A DNA stretch of 64,000 nt from Eledone cirrhosa (lineage: Eukaryota). Position 1 is the stretch's first letter. Each line of letters starts with the position of its first letter. The stretch is taken from NCBI GenBank assembly GCA_964016885.1, contig OZ024748.1, forward strand, positions 34,410,001-34,474,000, given 5' to 3'. The position numbers and the translations under genes were made by a program. A model generated the notes under the pieces. The model ran no database searches and was not told the origin of the DNA. It was given only the letters and a program-made list of their open reading frames with translations. Positions 1-15,000 of the stretch are shown in pieces.

Positions 1-3000
1 TGTAACTAAAGCAACCCAACGCCAATCCCAATGTTACTAGACCAACACCAGTCATTATGTGACTAGACCAACACCAATCACGATGTAACTAGACCAGCGC
101 CAGTCACAATATAACGAGACCAACGCCAGTCAAAATGTTACTAGACCAACATCAGTCACAATGTAACAAGAACAACGCAAGTCACAACGAAATTAGACCA
201 ACGGCTGTCACAATGTAACTAGACCGACACCAATCCCAAGTTAACTAGACCAAACCAACGACAATAACAATGTACATAGACTTACGCCAGTCATAATGTA
301 ACTAGACCAACCGAACACAAGTCACAATATAACTAGACCTACGCCAGTCACAATGTGACTAGATCATACCAACACCAGTAACTGTGTAACTAGACCTGCG
401 CCAGTCTCAATGTGACTAGACCAACACCAATCACAATGTAACTAGACCAACACCAATGACAATGTAACTAGACCAGTGCCAGTCACACTGTAACAGGTCC
501 AACGCCAGGCACAATATAGCTAGACCAACGCCAGTCATAATGTTACTAGACCAACAACACTCACAATGTAACTAAACCAACATCAATCACAATAAAACTA
601 GACCAACGCCAATCACAATGTAACTAGACCAACGCCAGTCACAGTGTAGGTAGGCCAACGCCAGTCACAGTGTAATTAGAACAACACCAGTCGCAATCGA
701 CTAGATCAACGCCAATCGCAATGTAACTAGACCAACGCCAATCAAGTTATAACTGGACCAACTCCAGTCACAGTGTACTTAGACCAAAGCCAATCACAGT
801 GTGACTACACCAACGCCAATCACAGTGTAATTAGACCAACACCAGTCACAATGTAACTATACCAATGCCAGTCACAATGTAACTAGACCAACGCAATCAC
901 AATGTAACTAGACCAACGCGAGTCACAATGTAACTAGACCGACGCTAGTCAGAATGTAACTAGACCAACACCAATGACATTGTGACTAGAGCAACACCAA
1001 TCACAATGTAATTAAACCAAGGCCAGTCACAATGTAACTAGACCAACGTCAATCACAATGTAACTAGACCAACACCAGTCTCCATGAGACTAGACCAACG
1101 CCAGTCACAATGTAACTAGACCAACGCCAGTAACAATGTAACTAGACCAACGGCAATCACAATGTAACTAGAATCACACCAGGCACCATGTAACTAGACC
1201 AACGCCAGTCGCAATGTAACTAGACATATCCCAACACCAATAACAATGTAACTGGACCAACGCCAGTAACAATGTAATTAGACCAACAGCAGTCAGCATG
1301 TAACTAGACCAACACCAATCACAATGTAACTAGACCAACCCAACGATAATCACAATGTAACTAGACCTACGTCTGTCATAATGTAACTAGACCAACCCAA
1401 CACCAGTCACAATGTAACTAGACCTACGCCAGTCACAATGTGACTACACCATCCCAACACTAGTAACAATGTAACTAGACCTGCGTCTGTCTCAATGTAA
1501 CAAGACCAACACCAATTACAATGTAACTAGACCAACACCAATCACAATGTTACTAGACCAACACCAGTCACTATGTCATTATACCAACACCAATTACAAT
1601 GTAACTAGACCAGCGCCAGTCACAGTGTAACAAGGCCAACGCCAGTCGCAATGTAACTAGACGAACACCATTCACAATGTAACTAAACCAACACCAATCA
1701 CAATAAATCTAGACCAACACCAATCACAATGTAACGGAGACCAAAGCCAGTCACAGTGTAATTAGACAGACGCCAATCATAATGTAACTACACCAACGCC
1801 AGTCACAATTTAACTAGACCAATATCAGTCACCATTTAAGTAGAATAACACCAGTCACCATGTAACTAGACCAACGCCATTCACAATATAACGAGACCAA
1901 CACCAGTCACAATGTAACCAGACAGACGCCAGTCACAATGTAACTAGACCAACGCCAGTCACAGTGTTATTAGATCAACACCAGTGGCAATCGACTAGAC
2001 CAACGCCAATCGCAATGTAACTAGACCAACACCAATCAAAGTATAACTGGACCAACTCCAGTCACATTGTAATTAGACCAACGCCAAACAGAATATAACT
2101 AGACCAAAGCCATTCACAATGTAACTAGACCCATGCCAGTCAAAAAGTGACTAGACCAACGCCAGTCACAGTGTAACTAGAACAACGCCAATGACCATGT
2201 AACTAGAGCAGCACCAGTTACATTGTAACTAGGCCAACATCAGTCACAATGTAACTAGACCAACGCCAATCACAATCTAACTACACCAACGCCAATCACA
2301 GTGTAATTAGACCAACACCAGTCACAATGTAACGAGACCAACGCCAGTAACAATGTAACTAGACAAACGCCAATCAGAATGTAACTAGACCAACGCCAGT
2401 CACAATGTAACTAGACCAACGCCAGTCACCATGTAACTAGACCAACACCAGTCACAATTTAACTAGACCAACGCCAATCGCAATGTCATTAGACAAACAC
2501 CACTCACAATGTAAATAGACCAAAACCAATCACAATGTAACTAGACCAACACCAGTCACAATGTTATTAGACCACCACCAGTCACAATGTAACTAGACCA
2601 ACACCAGTCACCATGTAAATAGACCAATACCAGTCACAATGTAACTAGACCAACACCAGTCACAATTTCTCTAGACCATCACCAGTCACAATGTAACTAG
2701 ACCAACACCAGTCACAATGTAATTGGACCAACACCAGTCACAATGTCATTAGACCAACACCAGTCACAATGTAACTAGACCAACACCAGTCACCATGTAA
2801 ATAGACCAACACCAGTCACAATTTAACTAGACCAACGCCAATCGCAATGTCATTAGACAAACACCACTCACAATGTAAATAGACCAAAACCAATCACAAT
2901 GTAACTAGACCAACACCAGTCACAATGTCATTAGACCACCACCAGTCACAATGTTACTAGACCAACACCAGTCACCATGTAAATAGACCAATACCAGTCA

Positions 3001-6000
3001 CAATGTAACTAGACCAACACCAGTCACAATTTCTCTAAACCATCACCAGTCACAATGTAACTAGACCAACACCAGTCACAATGTAACTGGACCAACACCA
3101 GTCACAATGTCATTAGACCAACACCAGTCACAATGTAACTAGACCAACACCAGTCACCATGTAAATAGACCAACACCAGTCACAATGTAACTAGACCAAC
3201 ACCAATCGCAATGTCACTAGACTAACACCACTCACAATGTAACTAGACCAAAACCAGTCCCAATGTAACTAGACCAACACCAGTCACAATGACATTAGAC
3301 CATCACCAGTCTCAATGTAACTAGACTTACGCCAGTCATAATGTAACTAGACCAACCGAACACCAGTCACAATATAACTAGACCTACGCCAGTCACAATG
3401 TGACTAGACCATCACAACACCAGTAACAATGTAACTAGACCTGCGCCAGTCTCAATGTGACTAGACCAAGAGCAATCACAATGTAACTAGACCAACACCA
3501 ATCACAATGTCACTAGACCAATACCAGTCAGAATGTAACTAGACCAACACCAGTCACCATCTAACTAGACCAATACCAATCACAATGTAACTAAAGCAAC
3601 TCAACGCCAATCCCAATGTTACTAGACCAAAACCAGTCATTATGTGACTAGACCAACACCAATCACGATGTAACTAGACCAGCGCCAGTCACAATACAAC
3701 GAGACCAACGCCAGTCAAAATGTTACTAGACCAACATCAGTCACAATGTAACAAGAACAACGCAAGTCACAACGAAACTAGACCAACGCCTGTCACAATG
3801 TAACTAGACCGACACCAATCCCAAGTTAACTAGACCAAACCAACGACAATAACAATATACATAGACTTACGCCAGTCATAATGTAACTAGACCAACCGAA
3901 CACAAGTCACAATATATCTAGACCTACGCCAGTCACAATGTGACTAGACCATACCAACACCAGTAACAGTGTAACTAGACCTGCGCCAGTCTCAATGTGA
4001 CTAGACCAACACCAATGACAATGTAACTAGACCAGTGCCAGTCACACTGTAGCAGGTCCAACGCCAGGCACAATATAGCTATACCAACGCCAGTCATAAT
4101 GTTACTAGACCAACAACACTCAAAATGTAACTAAACCAACATCAATCACAATAAAACTAGACCAACGCCAGTCACAGTGTAGGTAGGCCAACGCGAGTCA
4201 CAGTGTAATTAGAACAACACCAGTCGAAATCGACTAGATCAACGCCAATCGCAATGTAACTAGACCAACGCCAATCAAATTATAACTGGACCAACTCCAG
4301 TCACAGTGTACTTAGACCAAAGCCAATCACAGTGTGACTAGGCCAACGCCAATGACCATGTGACTAGAGCAGCCCCAGTCACATTGTAACTAGGCCAACA
4401 TCAGTCACAATGTAACTAGACCAACGCCAATCACAATGTAACTACACCAACGCCAATCACAGTGTAATTAGACCAACACCAGTCACAATGTAACTAGACC
4501 AATGCCAGTCACAATGTAACTAGACCAACGCCAGTCACAATATAACTAGACCAACGCCAGTCACCATGTAACTAGACCAACACCAGTCTCCATATCACTA
4601 GACGAACGCCAATCATAATGTTACTAGACCAACACCAGTCACAATGTAACTAGACCAACGCCAATCGCAATGTCATTAGACAAACACCACTCACAATGTA
4701 ACTAGACCAAAACCAGTCATAATGTAACTAGACCAACACCAGTGACAATGTCATTAAACCAACGCCAGTCACAATGTAACTAGACAAACACCAGTCACAA
4801 TTTCACTAGACCATCACCAGCCACAATGTAACTAGACCAACACCAGTCACAATGTAATTGGACCAACACCAGTCACAATGTAATTAGACCAACACCAGTC
4901 ACAATGTAACTAGACCAACACCAGTCACTTTGTAATTATACCAACACCAGTTACAATGTAACTAGAACAACACCAGCCACAATGTAACTAGACCAACACC
5001 AATCGCAATGTCACTAGAGTAACACCACTCACAATGTAACTAGATCAAAACCAGTCCCAATGTAACTAGACCAACACCAGTCACAATGACATTAGACCAT
5101 CAACAGTCCCAATGTAACTACACCAACACCAGTCACAAAGTAATTAGACCAAAACCAGTCAAAATTTAACTAGATCAACACCAGTCACTATGTAACTAGA
5201 CCAATACCAATCCCAAGTTAACTAGACCAATCACAATGTAACTAGACTTACGCCAGTCATAATGTAACTAGACGAACCGAACACAAGTCACAATATAATT
5301 AGACCTACGCCAGTCACAATGTGACTAGACCATTCCAACACCAGTTAAAATGTAACTAGACCTGCACCAGTCTCAATGTGACTAGACCAACACCAATCAA
5401 AATGGAACTAGACCAATACCAGTCACAATGTAACTAGACCAACACCAGTAACAATGTAATTAAACCAACAGCAGTCACAATGTAACTAGACCAACACCAG
5501 TCACAATGTAACTACACCAATACCAATCACAATGTAACTAGACCAACGCAACGACAAGCACAATGTAACTAGACCAACACCAATCACAATGTTACTAGAC
5601 CAACACCAATCACAATGTAACTAGACCAGCGCCAGTCACACTGTAACAAGGCCAACGCCAGTCACAATATAACTAGACCAACGCCAGTCCAAATGTTACT
5701 AGACCAACACCAATCACAAGGTAACTAAACCAACACCAATCCCAAGTTAATTGGACCAACGCAACGACAATCACAATGTACATAGTCCAACGCCAGTAAC
5801 AATGTAATTAGACAAAGGCCAATCATAATGTAACTACACCAACGCCAATCACCGTGTAACTAGATCAACGTCTCTAAGAATGTTACTATACCAACACCAG
5901 TCACTATGTGACTAGACCAACACCAATCATAATGTAACTAGACCAATGCAAATCACAATGTTACAAGTCCAACCCCAGTCACAGTGTAATTAGACAAAGG

Positions 6001-9000
6001 CCAATAATAATGAAACTACACTAACGCCAATTACCATGTAACAAGACCAACACCAGTCACCATGAAACTAGACCACACGCCGGTCACAATGTAATTAGAC
6101 CAACGCCAGTCACAATATAACGAGACAAACACCAGTCACAATGTAACTAGACCAACAGCTGTCACAATGTAATTAGACCAACGCTAATCACAATGTAACT
6201 AGACCAACGCCAGTCAGCATGTAACTAGACCAACGCCAGTCACAATATAACGAGACCAACATCAGTCACAATGTGACTAGACCAACGCCAGTCACCATGT
6301 ATCTAGACCGACACCAGTCTCCATATAACAAGACAAACGCCAATCACAATGTAACTAGACTAACACTACTCACAATGTAACTAGACCAACACCAATCCCA
6401 AGGTAACTAGACCAACACAACGACAATCACAATGTACATAGACCTACGCCAGTCATAATGTAACTAGACCAACCAAACACCAGTCACATAATAACTAGAA
6501 CTGCGCACGTCACAATGTGACTAGACCATACCAACACCAGTAACAATGTAACTAGACCTGCGCCAGTCTCAATGTGACTAGACCAACACCAATCACAATG
6601 TAACAAGACTAACACCAATCACAATGTAACTAGACCAATACCAGTCACAATGTAACTAGACCAACACCATCTGCGATGTAATTAGACCAACACCAGTCAC
6701 AATGTAACTAGAACAACACCAGTCACGATGTAATTAGAGAAACACCAGTCACAATGTGACTAGACCAACACCAGTCACCATGTAACTAGACCAATACGAA
6801 TCTTAATATAAATAGACCAACCCAACAACAGTCACAATGTAACTAGACCTACGCCAGTCACAATGTGAATAGACCATCCCAACACCAGTAACAATGTAAC
6901 TAGACCTGCGCCAGTCTCAATGTGACAAGACGAACACCAATCACAATGTAACTAGACCAACACCAATCACTATGTTACTAGACCAAGACCAGTCACTATG
7001 TGACTAGACCAACACCTATCACAATGTAACTAGACTAGTGCCAGTCACATTGTAACACGGCCAACGCCAGTCACAATATAACAAGACCAACACGAATCAC
7101 AATGTACCTAAACCAACACCAATCACAATATAACTAGACCAACACCAATCACAATGTAACTAGACCAACGCAAATCACAATGTAACATGTCTAACGCCAG
7201 TCACAGTGTAATTAGACAAAAGCCAATCATAATGTAACTACACTAACGCCAATCACCATGTAACTGGACCAACACCAGTCAGCATGTAACTAGACCAACG
7301 CCAGTCACAATATAACGAGACCAACATCAGTCACAATGTAACAAGAACAACGCCAGTCACAATGTAACTAGACCAACGCCAATCACAATGTAGATAGACC
7401 AACGCCAATCACATAGTAACTAGACCAACACCAGTCACAATTTAACCAGACCAACGCCAATCGCAATGTCATTAGATAATCACCACTCACAATCTAACTA
7501 GACCTAACCAGTCACAATGTAACTAGACCAATACCAGTCACAATGTTGTTAGACCAACACCAGTCACTATGTAATTAGACCAACACCAGTCACCATGTAA
7601 CTAGGCCAACACCAATCAAAACTTAACTAGACCAACCCAACGACAATCACAGTGTAACTAGACTTACGCCAGTCATAATGTAACAAGACCAACCCAACCC
7701 CAGTAACAATGTAACTATACCTGCGCCAGTCTCAATGTGACTAGACCAACACCAGTCACGATGACATTAGACCATCACCAGTCACAATGTAACTACACCA
7801 ACACCAGTCACAATGTAATTAGACCAACACCAGTCAAAATGTAACTAGACCAACACCAGTCAGCATGAAACTAGACCAACACAAAACCCAAGTTAAGTAG
7901 ACCAACCCAACGACAATCACACTGCTACTAGACCAACACCAGTCAATATGTGACTAGACCAACACCAGTCACAATGTAACAAGGCCAACGCCACTCACAA
8001 TGTAACTAGACCAACGCCAGTCAAATGTTACTAGACCAACACCAGTCACAATGTAACTAGACCAACGCCAAACACAATGTCACTAGACCAACACCAGTCA
8101 CAATGTAACTTGACCAACACCAGTCACATTGTAATTAGACCAACACCAGTCACAATGTCACTAGACTAACCCAACACTAGTAACAATGTAACTAGACCTA
8201 CGCCAGTCACAATGTGACTAGACCATCCCAACACCAGTAACAATATAACTAGACCTGCGCCAGTTTCAATGTGACTAGACCAACACCTATCACAATGTAA
8301 CTAGACCAACACCAGTAACCATGTAACTAGAAGAACGCCTTTCACAATGTAACTAGGCCAACAGCAGTCACGATGTAACTAGACCAAAACCAGTCACAAT
8401 GAAACAAGACCAATACCAGTCACAATGTATCTAGACCAACACCAATCGCAATGTCAGTAGACCAACACCAGTCACAATGTAACTAGACCAACACCAGTCA
8501 CAATTTAACTAGAACAACACCAGTCACAATGTAACTAGACCAATGCCAATCACAATGTCACTAGACAAACACCAGTCACAATTTAACTAGACCAACACCA
8601 GTCATAATTTAATTAGACCAACACCAGTCACGATGTAACTAGACCAACACCAGTTACAATGTAACAAGACCAACGCCAATCACACTGTCACTAGACAACA
8701 CCAGTCACAATGTAACTAGACCAACACCAGTCACAATGTAATTAAACCAAAAGCAGTCACATTGTAACTCGACCAACACCAGTCACCATGTAACTAGACC
8801 TACGCCAGTCATAATGTAACTAGACCAACGCCAATCACAATGTCACTAGACCAAAAGCAGTCACAACGTAACTAGACCAACACCAGTCACCATGTAACTA
8901 GACCTACGCCAGTCATAATGTAACTAGACCAACCGCAGTCACAATGTAATTAGACCAACACCAGTCACAATGTAACTAGACCTACGCCAGTCACAATGTA

Positions 9001-12000
9001 ATTAGACCAACACCAATTACAATGTAACTACACACACGCCAATCACAATGTAACTAGACCAACACCAGTCACAATGTAACTACACCAACGCCAATCCCCA
9101 TTAAGCTAGATCAACGCCAGTCACAATGTTACTAGACCAACACCAGTCACAATGGGACTAGACCAACACCAACCACAATGTAACTAGACCAGCGCCAGTC
9201 ACAATGTAACTAGACCAACGCCAGTCAAAATGTTAGTAGACCAAAACCAGTCACAATGTAACTAAACCAAAACCAATCACTATATAACTAGACCAACACC
9301 AATCACAATGTAACTAGACCAACGCAAATCACAATGTAACAAGACCAAAGCCAGTCACAGTGTAATTAGACAAAGGCCAATCATAATGTAACTACACCAA
9401 CGCAAATCACCATGAAACTAGACCAACACCAGTCACCATGTAACTATACCTACGCCAGTCACAATGTAACTAGACAAACGACAGTCACGATGTAACTGGA
9501 CAAACACCTGTCAGCATTTAAGTAGAATAACACCAGTCACCAATATAACTAGTCCAACGCCAGTCACAATATAACGAGGAGACCAACACCAGTCACAATG
9601 TAACTAGACCAACATCAGTCACAATGTAACAAGAACAACGCCAGCCGCAATGTAACGAGAGCAACGGCTGTCACAATGTAACTAGACCAACGCCAATCAC
9701 AATGTAACTAGACCAACACCAGTAACAGAGTAACTAGACCAACACCAGCAACAAAGTAACTAGACCAACACCAATAACGATGTAACTAGAGGAACGCCAT
9801 TCACAATGTAACTAGACCTACGCCAGTCACAATGTGACTAGACCATGCCAACACCAGTAACAATGTAACTAGACCTGCGCCAGTCTCAATGTGACTAGAC
9901 GAACACCAATCACAATGTAACTAGACCAACACCAATCACTATGTTACTAGACCAAGACCAGTCACTATGTGACTAGACCAACACCTATTACAATGTAACT
10001 AGACTAGTGCCAGTCACATTGTAACACGGCCAACGCCAGTCACAATATAACAAGACCAACACGAATCACAATGCTACTAGACCAACACCAGTCAATATGT
10101 GACTAGACCAACGCCAGTCAAAATGTTAGTAGACCAACACCAGTCACAATGTACCCACACCAACACCAATCACAACATAACTAGACCAACACCAATCACA
10201 ATGTAACTAGACCAACACAAATCACAATGTAACATGTCTAACGCCAGTCACAGTGTAATTAGACAAAAGCCAATCATAATGTAACTACACCAACGCCAAT
10301 CACCATGTAACTAGATCAAGACCAGTCAGCATGTAACTAGACCAACGCCAGTCACAATATAACGAGACCAACATCAGTCACAATGTAACAAGAACAACGC
10401 CAGTCACAATGTAACTAGACCAACGCCAATCACAATGTAGATAGACCAACGCCAATCACATAGTAACTAGACCAACACCAGTCACAATTTAACCAGACCA
10501 ACGCCAATCGCAGTGTCATTAGATAATCACCACTCACAATCTAACTAGACCTAACCAGTCACAATGTAACTAGACCAACACCAGTCACAATGTCGTTAGA
10601 CCAACACCAGTCACTATGTAATTAGACCAACACCAGTCACCATGTAACTAGACCAACACCAATCAAAACTTAACTAGACCAACCCAACGACAATCACAAT
10701 GTAACTAGACTTACGCCAGTCATAATGTAACAAGACCAACCCAACCCCAGTAACAATGTAACTATACCTGCGCCAGTCTCAATGTGACTAGACCAACACC
10801 AGTCACGATGACATTAGACCATCACCAGTCACAATGTAACTACACCAACACCAATCACAATGTAATTAGACCAACACCAGTCAAAATGTAACAAGACTAA
10901 CTAGACCAACGCCAATCGCAATGTCACTAGACTAACACCACTCACAATGTAACTAGACCAAAACCAGTCCCATTGTAACAAGACCACCACCAGTCACGAT
11001 GACATTAGACCATCACCAGTCACAATGTAACTACACCAACACCAGTCACAATGTAATTAGACCAACACCAGTCAAAATGTAACTAGACCAACACCAGTCA
11101 GCATGAAACTAGACCAACACAAAACCCAAGTTAACTAGACCAACCCAACAACAATCACACTGCTACTAGACCAACACCAGTCAATATGTGACTAGACCAA
11201 CACCAGTCACAATGTAACAAGGCCAACGCCACTCACAATGTAACTAGACCAACGCCAGTCAAATGTTACTAGACCAACACCAGTCACAATGTAACTAGAA
11301 CAACGCCAAACACAATGTCACTAGACCAACACCAGTCACATTGTAATTAGACCAACACCAGTCACAATGTCACTAGACCAAACCAACACTAGTAACAATG
11401 TAACTAGACCTACGCCAGTCACAATGTGACTAGACCATCCCAACACCAGTAACAATATAACTAGACCTGCGCCAGTTTCAATGTGACTAGACCAACACCT
11501 ATCACAATGTAACTAGACCAACACCAATAACCAGGTAACTAGAAGAACGCCTTTCACAATGTAACTAGGCCAACAGCAGTCACGATGTAACTAGACCAAA
11601 ACCAGTCACAATGTAACAAGACCAATACCAGTCACAATGTATTTAGACCAACACCAGTCACAATGTAACTAGACCAACACCAGTCACAATGTAACTAGAA
11701 CAACATCAGTCACAATGTAACTAGACCAATGCCAATCACAGTGTCACTAGACAAACACCAGTCACAATTTAACTAGACCAACACCAGTCATAATTTAATT
11801 AGACCAACGCCAGTCGCGATATAACTAGACCAACACCAGTTACAATGTAACAAGACCAACGCCAATCACAATGTCACTAGACAACACCAGTCACAATGTA
11901 ACTAGACCAACACCAGTCACAATGTAATTAGACCAACAGCAGTCACAATGTAACTCGACCAACACCAGTCACCATGTAACTAGACCTACGCCAGTCATAA

Positions 12001-15000
12001 TGTAACTAGACCAACGCCAATCACAGTGTCACTAGACCAAAAGTAGTCACAATGTAACTAGACCAACACCAGTCACCATGTAACTAGACCTACGCCAGTC
12101 ACAATTTAATTAGACCAACACCAGTCACAATGTAACTAGATCAACGCCAGTCACAATGTTACTAGACCAACACCAGTCACTATGGGACTAGACCAACACC
12201 AACCACAATGTACCTAGACCAGCGCAAGTCACAATGTAACTAGACCAACGCCAGTCAAAATGTTAGTAGACCAAAACCAGTCACAATATAACTAAACCAA
12301 AACCAATCACTATATAACTAGACCAACACCAATCACAACGTAACTAGACCAACGCAAATCACAATGTAACAAGACCAAAGCCAGTCACAGTGTAATTAGA
12401 CAAAGGCCAATCATAATGTAACTAGACCAACACCAGTCACCATGTAACTATACATACGCCAGTCACAATGTAACTAGACAAACGACAGTCACAATGTAAC
12501 TGGACAAACACCTGTCAGCATTTAAGTAGAATAACACCAGTCACCAACATAACTAGACCAACGCCAGTCACAATATAACGAGGAGACCAACACCAGTCAC
12601 AATGTAACTAGACCAACATCAGTCACAATGTAACAAGAACAACGCCAGCCGCAATGTAACTAGAGCAACGGCTGTCACAATGTAACTAGACCAACGCCAA
12701 TCACAATGTAACTAGACCAACACCAGTAACAGAGTAACTAGACCAACACCAGTAACAAAGTAACTAGACCAACACCAATAACGATGTAACTAGAGGAACG
12801 CCAATCACAATGTAAGTAGACCAACACACCAGTCACAATGTAACTAGAACAACACCAATCACAATGTAACTACACCAACGCCAGTCACAATGTAACTAGA
12901 TCAAAACCAGTGACAATGTATCTAGACCAACACCAGTCACAATGTAACTAAACCAACACCAGTCACAATGTAACTAGACCAACGCCAAACACAATGTACC
13001 TACACCAGCGCCAATCACAATGTAACTAGACCAACACCAGTCATAATGTAACTAGACCAACGCCAGTAACAAGGTATCTAGACCAACGTCAATCACAATG
13101 TAACTAGACCAACGCCAGTCATTATGTAACTAGACCAACACCAGTGACCATGTAACTACAGCAACGCCATTCACAATGTAAGTAGGCCCACACCAGTCAC
13201 AATGTAACTAAACAAACACCAATAACAATGTAACTAGACCAACGCCAGTCACAATGTAGCTAGACAAACGCCTGTCACAATGAAACTAGACCAACACAAG
13301 TCACAATGTGACTAGACCAACACCAGTCACAATGTAATTAGACCAATACCAGTCACAATGTAACTAGACCAACACCAGTCACAATGTAATTATATCAACA
13401 CCAGTCACAATGTAACTAGACCAACACCAATCACCATTTAACTAGACCAACCCAACACCAGTAACAATGTAACTAGACCTGCGCCAGTCTCAATGTGACT
13501 AGACCAACACCAATCACAATGTAACTAGACCAACACCAATCACAATGCTACTAGAACAACAACAGTCAATATGTGAGTAGACCAACACCAATTACAATAT
13601 AACTAGACCAGCGCCAGTCACAATGTAACAAGGCCAACGGCAGTCACAATGTAACTAGACCAACGCCAATAACAATGTCACTAGACCAACACCAGTCACA
13701 ATGTAACTAGACCAACACCAGTCACAATGTAATTAGACCAAAACCAGTCACAATGTCACTAGACCAACATCACTCACAATGTAATTAGACCAACACCAGT
13801 CACAATGTAACTAGACCAACACTAGTCACAATGTAATTAGACCAACACTAGTCACAATGTGACTAGTCCAACATCAGTCACAATGTAATTAGACCAACTG
13901 AAGTCACAATGTAACTAGACCAACACAAGTCACCATGTAACTAGACCAACACCAATAACAGTGTAACTAGACCAACCCAACACCAGTCACAATGTGATTA
14001 GACCATCCCAACACCAGTAACAATATAAGTAGACCTGCGCCAGTCTCAATGTGACTAGACCAACACCAATCACAATGTAACTAGACCAACACCAATCACA
14101 AGGATACTAGACAAACACCAACATCAATCACAATGTAACTAGACCAACACCAGTCACAATGTAACTAGACCAGTACCATTCACAATATAACTAGACCAAC
14201 ACCAGTCACAATGTCACTAGACCAAAACCAGTCGCAATGTAACTAGACCTACGCCAGTCACAATGTGACTAGACCATCCCAACACCTGTAACAATGTAAC
14301 TAGACCTGCGCCAGTCTCAATGTGACTACACCAACACCAATCACAATGTAACTAGACCAACAGCAATTGCAATGTTACTAGACAAATGCCAGTCACAATG
14401 CGACTAGACCAACATCAATCACAATGTAACTAGACTAGCACCAGTCACACTGTAACAAGGCCAACGCCAGTCACAATATAACTAGACCAACGCCAGTCAA
14501 AATGAAACTAAACCAACACCAATCACAATGTGACTAGACCAACGCAAGTCACAGTGTAATTAGACAAAGGCCAATCATAATATAACTACACCAACGCCAA
14601 TCACCATGTAACTAGACCAACACCAGTCACCAGGTAACGAGACCGACGCCAGTCACAATGTAACTAAACCAACATCAGTCACTATGTAATTAGACCAACA
14701 CCAGTCACAATGTAACTAGACCAACACCAGTCACAATGTAACTAGACCAACGCCAATCACAATTTAACAAGACCAACGCCAGTCTCAGTGTAATTAGGCA
14801 AACAACATTCATAATGTAACTACACCAACGCCAATCACCATGTAACTGGACCAACGCCAGTCACAATGTAACAAGACCAACGCCATTCACAATATAACTA
14901 GACCAACGCCACTCACAATGTAACTAGACCAACGCCAATCCCAATGTAACTAGACCAACACCAGTAACAAGGTAACTAGACCAACACCAATCACAATGTA

